Assembly (NCBI GenBank): GCA_947175645.1
Contig: CAMWNP010000002.1
Span: forward strand, 96,835-160,834
Source of the DNA: an uncultured Porphyromonadaceae bacterium
GTDB lineage: Bacteria; Bacteroidota; Bacteroidia; Bacteroidales; Muribaculaceae
Direction: 5' to 3'
Length of the DNA: 64,000 bases
Numbering within the stretch: the stretch's first letter is position 1; every line of letters starts with the position of its first letter. Both the position numbers and the translations under genes were made by a program. Positions 26,677 to 35,035 of the stretch are shown here, one piece after another. The notes beneath the pieces were generated by a model. It was not told the DNA's origin. It was given only the letters and a program-made list of their open reading frames with translations, and made no database searches.

Positions 26677-27254
26677 TTCGCTGCCTCCAGTTGTTTGTGG
26701 TACCTGTTATCTCCCAGCTCGCTCTGCATGGCCAAAATGGCGGCTATCCTGCGGAGCTTGGCAGGGGTTAAATCCTCCTCTCTTGCATCACGCTCTGCCT
26801 GCTCCTCCTCGGAGAGAGTGCGGAAGATGTTATGCTTATTGACGTAAGCCTCTACAATGGTGTCCTGCATTGCAGCCAAATCCTTGAGGAAATTAGCCTT
26901 GTGCCACTCAAAGAGGCTGGAAAGCTCGGCATACTGGAGCGGTGTTAAATCCACTGCAATAGTGTTGCGAGAACGCTTAAAGTAGCTTAACGAGCCAACG
27001 CCAGTAACAACTCCATGGCATTGCACAAAGAGAGTGAGCATATACTTATATCTGCCAATCTCAAAAGTATAGCGTTTCTTTTCCTCAACACAAAGCACCT
27101 CCTCAAGCGTTACGCCATACTGGGCGCAAATACGCTCAATGGCTCGCTTGGCGGCCTCTGCCTCGCCTTGGTAGCCCTTTTCGGCAAGAGCTTGGAGCTT
27201 CAGCAGCTTTTGCTTAATGCTCTCATACTGGTTACTATTTTTATCCATAATCAT
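26673..27254 (-). CDS. DUF2786-like protein (193 aa)
   Basis: The N-terminal KLLKLQALAEKGYQGEAEAAKRAIERICAQYGV matches the DUF2786 pattern. Confidence 0.5.
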   Translation of the reverse strand: MIMDKNSNQYESIKQKLLKLQALAEKGYQGEAEAAKRAIERICAQYGVTLEEVLCVEEKKRYTFEIGRYKYMLTLFVQCHGVVTGVGSLSYFKRSRNTIAVDLTPLQYAELSSLFEWHKANFLKDLAAMQDTIVEAYVNKHNIFRTLSEEEQAERDAREEDLTPAKLRRIAAILAMQSELGDNRYHKQLEAAK

Positions 27255-27385
27255 ATTTTGTTGTAAATACTGCTAATTTGGCTGTCATTTGGCCGCTGTC
27301 GCATTTTGTTGCTCCGAATGGTAACTTATACCACCCACGGCCTTAAAGTGCGACAATCGGGCTGATTTTGGCCTTGTCGGGCGTT

Positions 27386-28306
27386 TTAGCGTCTGCTGCC
27401 ACCTCCCACTGGCACTATGTTGTAGGTCTTAAACCTGTCTATTAGCCTCCCAAAGCCATCTTTATACTCCTCCTTGAGCTGTTCAACCGTTAGGTTGGTG
27501 GTAACATGGGCAAATTTGTGGTAATGCACCCATATCTCATTGCGAGCGTGCAAAAACTGGTTTGTGAGGAGCTTGGTATCCATTCCAAAAAAGGTTATGC
27601 TGTCGGTGCCAATATCGTTTAGGCAAATGTTTACTGGCTTACACTGAAAACCCCTGTTTTCCTCCTCATAGTAGGTATAGCGGTCAAGGTTGTTATGCAG
27701 AGTGTAGTAGTTTACCATTTGCGTTACACTCAAGTTGTAAAAAGCGCGTGGGTTCTTGGTATAGTGCAGATACTCGGAGAATATTTGCATGAGCAGCGTT
27801 TTGCCAGTGCCCACCTCGCCCTGTAGCATGAGGTGCTTATGGAGCTTGTAATTTCTGTCAGGAAAAACCTCCTCGGCCAATGGGCAGCCGTTAAAGTAGT
27901 AGAGTAAAAAGCGCAAAATTTGGCGGTTGTTATCATCTACCACAAACTGCCTGCGCTGGTGTGCCAGCACAACATTGTTGGCTATCCACATGAGCATTCG
28001 GGCATGGGCTTGGAAAATATCCTCATTCTCCAACTGGGCATTAACCATGGCCTCCTTGCGCATTTCCTTTGTGGCCGCCTCAATGCCTCGGTTGAGCATA
28101 ATAATATTCTGCCTTAACAGCTCCTTTTCCTCGGCTTTTCTTTGTTCCTCCTCGGTTTGGGGCTGCGCGGCCATGCGTGCCTCATGCTCTTTGCTCATAG
28201 CCTCCACCAGCTCGCGATCCTTACGCTGTCGGGCATACTCCTGTGCCTCCCTTACAGAGCGCACGGTGTCGGCTACTGCGCTGCCTATGCTTGTAATTTC
28301 TGCCAT
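27386..28306 (-). CDS. DnaC/IstB-like AAA+ ATPase, putative helicase loader (306 aa)
   Basis: Walker A GEVGTGKT and Walker B-like ICLNDIG. It lies directly downstream of the replication initiator gene. Confidence 0.6.
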   Translation of the reverse strand: MAEITSIGSAVADTVRSVREAQEYARQRKDRELVEAMSKEHEARMAAQPQTEEEQRKAEEKELLRQNIIMLNRGIEAATKEMRKEAMVNAQLENEDIFQAHARMLMWIANNVVLAHQRRQFVVDDNNRQILRFLLYYFNGCPLAEEVFPDRNYKLHKHLMLQGEVGTGKTLLMQIFSEYLHYTKNPRAFYNLSVTQMVNYYTLHNNLDRYTYYEEENRGFQCKPVNICLNDIGTDSITFFGMDTKLLTNQFLHARNEIWVHYHKFAHVTTNLTVEQLKEEYKDGFGRLIDRFKTYNIVPVGGGSRR

Positions 28307-28316
28307 TGTCGTTAGG

Positions 28317-29393
28317 TTATTTGTCTATACTGCCAAAATCCGACCATGCGTAATCATTGCCAGTAGGAGGCATGGGGGCTTTAGGCTCTTGAGAGCTGGC
28401 AGGAGCGTTTATTACTGGCAGCTCCTCCGTCCAGCGGCGTTGGTTTATCCATGTTTGCAGGTGTGGCCATTGGGAAACCCATTTGCCTGCTGCCTCGGCA
28501 GCGGCATTGTACTCCTCCAGCCTTTGTAATGCTGGCATGAGGAGCGGCACAATTTCGCGCCAGTTCGGGTTTTTCTTTTTGAAATTCTCAAACTCCTCTT
28601 TGCGGCCACGTTTGCGGCCTTTGTAGGCTTTGCGGAACTCCTCAAACTGCTGCTCAAGCTCGCTGCTCGGTTCGGCTGGTTTGGGAGCGGTTTTTACTTG
28701 AGGCTCCACTGGCTCTGTATGCACGGCCTCTGCATTTTGCGATTTTTGCGAAAGAGTATTTATTATACTCTCTAATAAGTTAATTTCTTCTTTCTTTTCT
28801 ATAGATAATAAACTATATATATATTCTTGAATGTTGCCAATTTGTTTGCCATTGTGCTTGCCATTTGTTTGCCAAACAATTTGCAATAACTCCGTTAATT
28901 GCTCTGATGTTAAGCTAATTGAGTTTGCCATTTGTTTGCCAAAATCAGCACTCTCACTTTGCCAATCACCTTGCCATTTGTTTGCCATTTGTTTGCCAAA
29001 ATCTTGAGCCATACCCCCTGCATCTTCCAATAAGTCAGCAGGTTTTGTTTGCCCTTTGTTTGCCAATTCCTCATTTTCAAACTGGTACTCATTGTAATTG
29101 GTAATTGTAATAATGCTGTACTTTGCGCGTCCCTCAATTTGTATCTCGCCACTCTTGGCAAGCAGCTCAAGCCTATAGCGAACCTGTTTAATGGTCAGTC
29201 CAGTGTTATCTGCGAGCTGGGCAATGCTTGTTACCAACTGCCCAGCCTTAAATACCATGCCTTTCCACCTCCAACCCTCATCGCTGTTGGCCATGAGCAG
29301 CAAATGCACAAAGAGGGAGAGAGTGAGAGCATCGCCTGCCCACTCCCAATTCAGCATTTGCCTGTGTAGCTTTATCCAGCCTTTGTTTGCCAT
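28317..29393 (-). CDS. Replication initiator / replisome organizer (358 aa from the ATG; the track ORF starts at a GTG at 29426)
   Basis: N-terminal winged-helix pattern GWIKLHRQMLNWEW...LFVHLLLMAN...GQLVTSIAQLADNTGLTIKQVRYRL. An iteron array is embedded in the gene. Confidence 0.65.
   Translation of the reverse strand: MANKGWIKLHRQMLNWEWAGDALTLSLFVHLLLMANSDEGWRWKGMVFKAGQLVTSIAQLADNTGLTIKQVRYRLELLAKSGEIQIEGRAKYSIITITNYNEYQFENEELANKGQTKPADLLEDAGGMAQDFGKQMANKWQGDWQSESADFGKQMANSISLTSEQLTELLQIVWQTNGKHNGKQIGNIQEYIYSLLSIEKKEEINLLESIINTLSQKSQNAEAVHTEPVEPQVKTAPKPAEPSSELEQQFEEFRKAYKGRKRGRKEEFENFKKKNPNWREIVPLLMPALQRLEEYNAAAEAAGKWVSQWPHLQTWINQRRWTEELPVINAPASSQEPKAPMPPTGNDYAWSDFGSIDK
28834..29066. repeat. 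Iteron array (at least 8 copies of the 11-bp unit TTTGTTTGCCA); putative replication origin
   Basis: Units at 28841, 28864, 28931, 28977, 28988, 29044 (one mismatch) and 29055, plus partial copies. An A/T-rich stretch at 28785..28833 is adjacent. Confidence 0.6.
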
Positions 29394-29464
29394 GTGCCGT
29401 GTCGCTGTTTTTAAGCCCCCTGTCACGCTTTTGGGCGCAACAGGGGTACTGGGTTATTGATTGG

Positions 29465-29923
29465 TTACTTTTCGGCCTCTGTCGGGCATTTGTCGGCCAA
29501 TTTTACTGGGTACACATCCATGATGGGTGTTTCCTTAATGCAGAGGGCATTGAAATCGGCCATGGTGTCCTTCATGGTTGCATCAAAGCGGCTCATTGCA
29601 TCGTGCAGGTCGTTGGCTGCCAGCAAGAGCCTGCTGGCCGTCTTTTTCTCCGTGGCCGTGCGCTCATCAAGCGTTACAAACTCCACTTTGCACTCATACC
29701 AGCGGTCGGCATCATCGGCAAACACCACCTCGGAGTAATTCACACGCTTAATGCCTGCCACCTCAAACTCTCCGCTAATGTAGGGGGTAAGTTCCTCCAC
29801 AATGCGTGCCTCGGCCTCCGTAAAGGAGAGCGCATCCACAAGGTATGGCTCGGTAACTTTTTTGTTGGTGCCGTTTTCCTGCATTTTGTCGTAACGCACC
29901 TTACATTCAAACCACTTGCTCAT
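29465..29923 (-). CDS. DUF4494-like protein (152 aa)
   Basis: WFECKVRYDKMQENGTNKKVTEPYLVDALSFTEAEARI matches my recollection of the Bacteroidota DUF4494 family. Its ATG overlaps the upstream stop by 4 nt. Confidence 0.55.
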   Translation of the reverse strand: MSKWFECKVRYDKMQENGTNKKVTEPYLVDALSFTEAEARIVEELTPYISGEFEVAGIKRVNYSEVVFADDADRWYECKVEFVTLDERTATEKKTASRLLLAANDLHDAMSRFDATMKDTMADFNALCIKETPIMDVYPVKLADKCPTEAEK

Positions 29924-30501
29924 GCCTCGGCCTCCTCCTTAACCTTAATGCCGTAGCACTGGAAAATCAGAGCCTCAAACTGCTCTGCAACATACTCGGC
30001 CTTTTCCTTGCTGTTAAGCACAAGGGGGAAACCATAAAACGCATCCGTATACGAACACCGATAACTCGTACTCGCACAGCGGACACCCGAATACTCCGCA
30101 GTAGTCGCAAAAGCAGCAGAAAGGAGCTTAATGCCCTGTCTTTTACGCTCGTCCTCGCCCATGTCGGCAAGCTCCTGCTTGGTGTAAAACCAGTATATCG
30201 GGCACCATGTAGTGCCGTTCTCATCGTACTGCTGGCCGTTGTTGAGAGCCTTGCAGATAACCATGAGCTTGTAGGCCGCGCTGGCCATTTGCAGTGCCTC
30301 CTTGTCGCAGTCGGGAGTGCCACTAATCAAATGCTCACTCATGCCTAAATGGCGGCAGGCATCGCCGTAGGTTTTTATGGAGCGGAAATTAAACTTGAAA
30401 GCATCTGCTCCAAAAAGCTCTCTCAAAACCTCTTTGGTTTCTTCGCTGGCAGCATTGTAGTATTTTACTGCATCAGCCTTATTTGCTGTTAATTGTTCCA
30501 T
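29920..30501 (-). CDS. Remote DGR target protein (193 aa) carrying VR2
   Basis: Residues 125-160 (KLLSAAFATTAEYSGVRCASTSYRCSYTDAFYGFPL) are the TR sequence with substitutions at TR adenines. Confidence 0.85.
   Translation of the reverse strand: MEQLTANKADAVKYYNAASEETKEVLRELFGADAFKFNFRSIKTYGDACRHLGMSEHLISGTPDCDKEALQMASAAYKLMVICKALNNGQQYDENGTTWCPIYWFYTKQELADMGEDERKRQGIKLLSAAFATTAEYSGVRCASTSYRCSYTDAFYGFPLVLNSKEKAEYVAEQFEALIFQCYGIKVKEEAEA
30024..30129 (-). repeat. DGR variable repeat 2 (VR2)
   Basis: 106-nt alignment to TR 42775..42880. There are 11 differences at TR coding-strand adenines and 1 synonymous C-to-T near the 5' edge. Confidence 0.85.
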
Positions 30502-30664
30502 TCTTAATGGTTTTGTTATTTATTAAATCTCTTAATGCTATTTGTGCGAGCCGTATTTTGTTGGCCAGCCGTAGGCTATTGGAGGGTATTGCCTTGAGGT
30601 TGGCAATATGCTGCTCCAGCACCTCCTCAATGAGCTTGGCGTTAGCCTCGGTTATGCGCCTCAT
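30479..30664 (-). CDS. Hypothetical protein (61 aa)
   Basis: ATG start; it bridges the MBL gene and the DGR target gene. Confidence 0.4.
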   Translation of the reverse strand: MRRITEANAKLIEEVLEQHIANLKAIPSNSLRLANKIRLAQIALRDLINNKTIKNGTINSK

Positions 30665-31401
30665 AATGGCCTGCGGTTAATGTCTATTACCATGCCTGCG
30701 CTGGCAGCATATACACGCTTACCAGTAGCGGCCACGGTACGGTCTATAAACTGCGCCTCATCGCTGTTGCCATCGCTCAAGTGTACAAGTACAATGTTTC
30801 GTACAGCCTTGAGTGGGTTGCGCCGCAAAAAGGCTATGGTGTTGCCAATCTCCATGTGGCTTGTAAGGAGGCGGTCGCGTAACATGGCTGGCAGCCTCCC
30901 AGCGGCAATATTGGCCTCCAATCGCTCATCACAATAGTTGGCCTCAACAAGGTAGTGGTTTACGTCTGTAAAAGTGTGCTGGCAGGCGTAGGTGTCAGTA
31001 AAAAACACCAGCTTGCCGCACTCCTCATGGCATACCACATACCCCACACATGGCACATCGTGCATTACACCAAAAGGGTATATCGTAAAGCCTCCAGCTC
31101 TGTAGCCTTTGCCCTCCTCAACGGCCATGCAGTTGCGGCTTATACTCTTGGCCTCAAGCGTTGCCTGTAAGGCCAGCACCTTAATGCCAGCCTCGGCATA
31201 TTCAGCCGCATATCCTGCATGGTCATTGTGAGAGTGGCTAACTATGCAGCCCACAACCTTTGGGAAGTTGTCAAAGCCAATGGCACGCTTTACCTCCTTG
31301 AGCTTAATGCCAGCCTCTATCACAAGGCTCTCATGCTTTCCGTCCAGCACATAGGCATTGCCCTTGGAGCTGGAGCCGATAACTTTTAGCTGCATAGTCA
31401 T
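30661..31401 (-). CDS. Metallo-beta-lactamase-fold nuclease (246 aa)
   Basis: HSHNDH (HxHxDH) motif. It lies downstream of recT. Confidence 0.7.
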   Translation of the reverse strand: MTMQLKVIGSSSKGNAYVLDGKHESLVIEAGIKLKEVKRAIGFDNFPKVVGCIVSHSHNDHAGYAAEYAEAGIKVLALQATLEAKSISRNCMAVEEGKGYRAGGFTIYPFGVMHDVPCVGYVVCHEECGKLVFFTDTYACQHTFTDVNHYLVEANYCDERLEANIAAGRLPAMLRDRLLTSHMEIGNTIAFLRRNPLKAVRNIVLVHLSDGNSDEAQFIDRTVAATGKRVYAASAGMVIDINRRPL

Positions 31402-31407
31402 TACGGT

Positions 31408-32355
31408 TTAGAGTGGGCATTTACGGCCAGCAGCCTTGGGCTTGGGGGCGGCGGTAGCTGTGGCAGGTTCGGGTTGTAATACCTCTCCAGTAGCAGTATC
31501 TACCACCTCGGAGGCAGAGGCCGTTACGTCAATGTAGGGAGTAGTGGGGAGCGGTTCATGGGTGCCAGTGGAGAGCTGGGCGGCATCACGCTCTGCCATG
31601 GCCTCATCGGGGCGTGCCTCCTCATCCTCATCTTCGGAGGCTCCCAGCTCAACCTTGCAGGCGCGAGCAATCACGGTTTTCTTACACATTTGGTCGGTAA
31701 AGTTCTTATGCGCACCGCTCTGCCCCTTGGCTGCTCCCTGCTCCCATGATTTGCGGATTTGTGCAATGGTCATTACCTCAATGTGGCGGCTGCCATCTTT
31801 CATAACCACCACTGCATAGGCACCTATAATTTTGTTGATGTCAATGTTTGAAAGGTTGGTTTCGTGGCTCTCAAGCTGGTACTGGCCATTCTCATCTACG
31901 GAGTAGGCAAATTTATCGCCCTCGTAAATTACTTGCGGATGCACATCGGCAATCTCCGTGTCGCGCTTGGCTCGCATGAGCTTGCCACGGTAGTCCTCCC
32001 AAAATGAGAGCTGGTTTCCAGTAACTATAAAATAGCACTGCTTTTTGGCCACGCTCAAGCCCTTGATAACCATTTCAAGGAAGCAGTTACAAATGCTCTC
32101 CCTTGTGCATACATCAACTGCTGGGCGGTTGTTTTTGTCTGTTACCGTTTGCAGGTAGAGCCATGCCAGTTTTACGGCATTGCCTGCATGGTAATTGGCT
32201 GGCAGAACCAGCTCGCCAGCCTCAGTCATGGCCGATACGCGAGTTAATACCATGTCGGCTGTTTCCTCTTGGAAACGCTTTAACGCTCCTGCGCTTTGCG
32301 AGAGGGGCACGTTGCTTGGCTGTGCCGCCTGTGGGGTGTTGTTTGTTGTGTCCAT
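31408..32355 (-). CDS. recT: RecT-family single-strand annealing protein (315 aa)
   Basis: RecT-like core (CYFIVTGNQLSFWEDYRGKL...KNFTDQMCKKTVIARACK) with an acidic tail. Confidence 0.75.
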   Translation of the reverse strand: MDTTNNTPQAAQPSNVPLSQSAGALKRFQEETADMVLTRVSAMTEAGELVLPANYHAGNAVKLAWLYLQTVTDKNNRPAVDVCTRESICNCFLEMVIKGLSVAKKQCYFIVTGNQLSFWEDYRGKLMRAKRDTEIADVHPQVIYEGDKFAYSVDENGQYQLESHETNLSNIDINKIIGAYAVVVMKDGSRHIEVMTIAQIRKSWEQGAAKGQSGAHKNFTDQMCKKTVIARACKVELGASEDEDEEARPDEAMAERDAAQLSTGTHEPLPTTPYIDVTASASEVVDTATGEVLQPEPATATAAPKPKAAGRKCPL

Positions 32356-32374
32356 TTCTTTCCTTGTTTACAGG

Positions 32375-34357
32375 TTAGTGTTTAATTATTTGGAGTTGTT
32401 TATCTCGGCTAACTATGAGCTGTATGCACTGGCTCAACATGGGGAGAGGGTCGTTAATACTCTCCACGTTATCGATAAAGCACGGCACATAGGTATCGTT
32501 AAAGCGGCAAATGGCATTTATAATGTCAATGCCAGCATTAACCCTGTCGGCAGCATTGAGGTCGCGGTATGGTACACCGCCAATGCAGCACTCACAGGTG
32601 GGAGTAATTGAGCCATTCAGCTTACGGTCAAACATAGTAAATGTTACCACGCTGAAAAGCTGGTTTACGCGCTGCTCAAGCGCATCAATATTTGCAAGCT
32701 GGAATTCTTTTGCGGCCTCCTCCTTGCCCTCCATTACGGAGAGCTGGGCATTTAGCTTTTTCTCCTCATCCTCCAGCTCCTTAATGCGCTTGTTGGTGTT
32801 GGCTATAAGAGTACGCACGTTGAGTTTGTCGCGGAGGCTGTCGCGTTTGACCTGTAATGTGGCCTTATCCTCCTTGAGGCTGGCAATAATACTGGCCTTT
32901 GCAGCAACCTCGGCATTTTCGCTCGGCTTTTCCAGTTCAGCCGTGCGGCGGTCGGCCTCCTGCTGGAGCTTTGTAATCTCCGCATCCCCAGCAATACGCT
33001 GGTTGGCAGAGATAACCACCACGGCCATTGCAGCCTCCAGTGCGCTCTGCTCTTTTGTAAGCTGGGCAGTAAGCTCTTTTATGCTCTTGTCGGCCTCCGT
33101 AATCTCGGCCTCATATTTGGCCTTGCGTTGCTTAATTTGTGTGGCCTCGGCCTCAAGGTTGGCCATGGTCTGCTCATGGTGGCGATTAAAATCAGCCTCC
33201 ATGTTTGCTATTTTAGCAGCCTTATCGGCAGCCTCAAACTCCCTGTGGCAGGTAGGGCAAACCAAACGGCTCTCATCAATCACAAATTCCTCCTCATCGG
33301 CCGCATCCCAGCGAGTACGGAAATCCTCTGTGGCCTTTTCAATCTTGGCCAGTTCTTGCTGGGCGAACTGCTTGCGCTCCTCCTCGGCTGTAATACTGCG
33401 CTTGAGAGAGGCTATTTTGTTCCTATGGGTTGAGCAGGCCGTTTCATACTGGAACTGCTCCTGCTGGTATGCTGTACGGTGGTCATTGGAAAGCTGGAGT
33501 ATTTTTGCCTTGAGCTGGTTGATATTGTTACGCTCGGCACGCTTTGCAGCCTCCTCGCCATCTACAACCTTGCTGTTGTCGGCAATCTCCTCATCAATGC
33601 GCTCCATGGCATTTTCAGTAGCGGCTATCTCGGCCTCTATTTGTGCCCAGTTAGTGTCTGCCTCCGCATACTTTGTGAGGTTGTTGCGCTGCTCCTCAAT
33701 GCGTATGGGGTACTGCTTGAGCTTTTCCTTAATCTCGTTAATGCAATAGCCCATGTGCTTTAGGTAGTCCTCAAGGCTGGTGTCGTGCAGCTCGTTTAGC
33801 ACATTCATAAACTCCTCTTTTTGGCTGGCCACCTCGGCCATGCTGGGCACTACAACCATTTTAGAAAGAAGCTCACGCTGTATGTTGGCTTGCAGGTTGG
33901 GGAAATAGCTGGGGTTAGTAATTGTTTGGAAGAGGCCACGCTTGCACAGCCCATCTACATAGGCTTTGTAATCAGTTTCAGTGTACTTTTGGCCATTGAT
34001 GTAATACTCGGAGGGGAGAGAGAGGGTTTGTTCATTCTTGCCCTTTGTCTTAGTCCATTTCTCAATGAGGCAGCGTTTAAGCTCTACCTGCTGGCCGTCC
34101 ACCTCCAGCATAACCGTTACCTCATGGGGCAGGTCGGGTATTACTTTTCCGTTGGCATCTTTTGTGCGTATGCCAAAAGAGCTGCGCCCCTCGCTGTTCT
34201 CGCCATGCACACACCAGCCAAATGCATCTGCAATGGTGGTCTTGCCAGTTTTGTTTGCTCCCAGTATCTGTGTGAGCGTGGGGCTAAACTCCACTATGCG
34301 CTCACCCAGTATGCCCTTAAAATTAAGGGTTTTGAGCCATAAGATTTTTATTATCAT
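32375..34357 (-). CDS. SbcC/Rad50-like coiled-coil ATPase (660 aa)
   Basis: Walker A GANKTGKT, a long central coiled coil with a CPTC hook-like motif, and a C-terminal Walker B/D-loop PCFIDNVESI. Confidence 0.75.
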   Translation of the reverse strand: MIIKILWLKTLNFKGILGERIVEFSPTLTQILGANKTGKTTIADAFGWCVHGENSEGRSSFGIRTKDANGKVIPDLPHEVTVMLEVDGQQVELKRCLIEKWTKTKGKNEQTLSLPSEYYINGQKYTETDYKAYVDGLCKRGLFQTITNPSYFPNLQANIQRELLSKMVVVPSMAEVASQKEEFMNVLNELHDTSLEDYLKHMGYCINEIKEKLKQYPIRIEEQRNNLTKYAEADTNWAQIEAEIAATENAMERIDEEIADNSKVVDGEEAAKRAERNNINQLKAKILQLSNDHRTAYQQEQFQYETACSTHRNKIASLKRSITAEEERKQFAQQELAKIEKATEDFRTRWDAADEEEFVIDESRLVCPTCHREFEAADKAAKIANMEADFNRHHEQTMANLEAEATQIKQRKAKYEAEITEADKSIKELTAQLTKEQSALEAAMAVVVISANQRIAGDAEITKLQQEADRRTAELEKPSENAEVAAKASIIASLKEDKATLQVKRDSLRDKLNVRTLIANTNKRIKELEDEEKKLNAQLSVMEGKEEAAKEFQLANIDALEQRVNQLFSVVTFTMFDRKLNGSITPTCECCIGGVPYRDLNAADRVNAGIDIINAICRFNDTYVPCFIDNVESINDPLPMLSQCIQLIVSRDKQLQIIKH

Positions 34358-34372
34358 AAGTCTTGCAGGTTG

Positions 34373-34705
34373 TTATAAGGTTGTACCTCTAAAAATATCT
34401 TCTCTAATAGCCTCCTCAACTGCGAGTGCTTGCAGTATCTCTGCCTTGGAGTATATGAGGGGGCTGTTTTGCTTTGTGCCCTTGCGGCGTGGCTTGAGAG
34501 TGCCGTCTTGCACTTTGCGCTTTAGCCATGCCTCGCCATGCTCCCACTGGCCGCCAAACTCCGTATCACGCTTGCGCAAAAATGCGTATGCTTGGCGTTG
34601 GGTAAGTTGGTCGCTCTTTGGCTCCAGTGTAGCAATGGCCTTGGCAGCCCCACACGCGGCCACATTTTGCAAAAATTTGCGCACTTTGTATTGCTCATTC
34701 TCCAT
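34373..34705 (-). CDS. Hypothetical protein (110 aa), possibly Xis-like
   Basis: ATG start, basic. No firm motif. Confidence 0.4.
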   Translation of the reverse strand: MENEQYKVRKFLQNVAACGAAKAIATLEPKSDQLTQRQAYAFLRKRDTEFGGQWEHGEAWLKRKVQDGTLKPRRKGTKQNSPLIYSKAEILQALAVEEAIREDIFRGTTL

Positions 34706-34716
34706 GCTGCTGTGCT

Positions 34717-35028
34717 TTACAAGTTACCTGTTAAGAGGAGAGCAGCGGTAACTGCTGCCACAAATCCGAAAATGAAAATCGCCACCTCCTTAAACTGGTC
34801 TTTGCGCTTGAGCTGGTTTGCATACTCCTCTACACCCAGCAGGAGGCATTCGTACTCTTTTACTGGCATTTTGCCGTAATAGGCATTTACGGTATGGCCA
34901 TCAACCAATACCAGCACCTCGCCACGTTTAAGGTTTGCCTCAACCTTTACACGGTCGGTAAAAGTGTGTACCATGAGGCTCTTTGCCGTTTCAAACTTGG
35001 TTTCCCAGTTGTATTTTTTCTTGCCCAT
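34717..35028 (-). CDS. C-terminally membrane-anchored hypothetical protein (103 aa)
   Basis: ATG at 35028 (MGKKKYNW...). Hydrophobic tail VAIFIFGFVAAVTAALLL. The longer track ORF would overlap the LuxR-type gene. Confidence 0.45.
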   Translation of the reverse strand: MGKKKYNWETKFETAKSLMVHTFTDRVKVEANLKRGEVLVLVDGHTVNAYYGKMPVKEYECLLLGVEEYANQLKRKDQFKEVAIFIFGFVAAVTAALLLTGNL

Positions 35029-35035
35029 ATACTTG

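Noticed and set aside
28834-29066. Short direct repeats that could be mistaken for a CRISPR array
   Set aside because: The units are 11 bp, partly tandem, have no regular spacers and lie inside a coding gene. They fit iterons.
32511-33749. 412-aa plus-strand ORF antisense to the Rad50-like gene. Similar long antisense ORFs lie at 680..1330, 1843..2856, 15405..16511, 53347..54255 and 54646..55455.
   Set aside because: They are Ser/Ala/Leu/Cys-rich and low-complexity, lie entirely inside well-supported minus-strand genes, and have no motifs. These are typical shadow ORFs.
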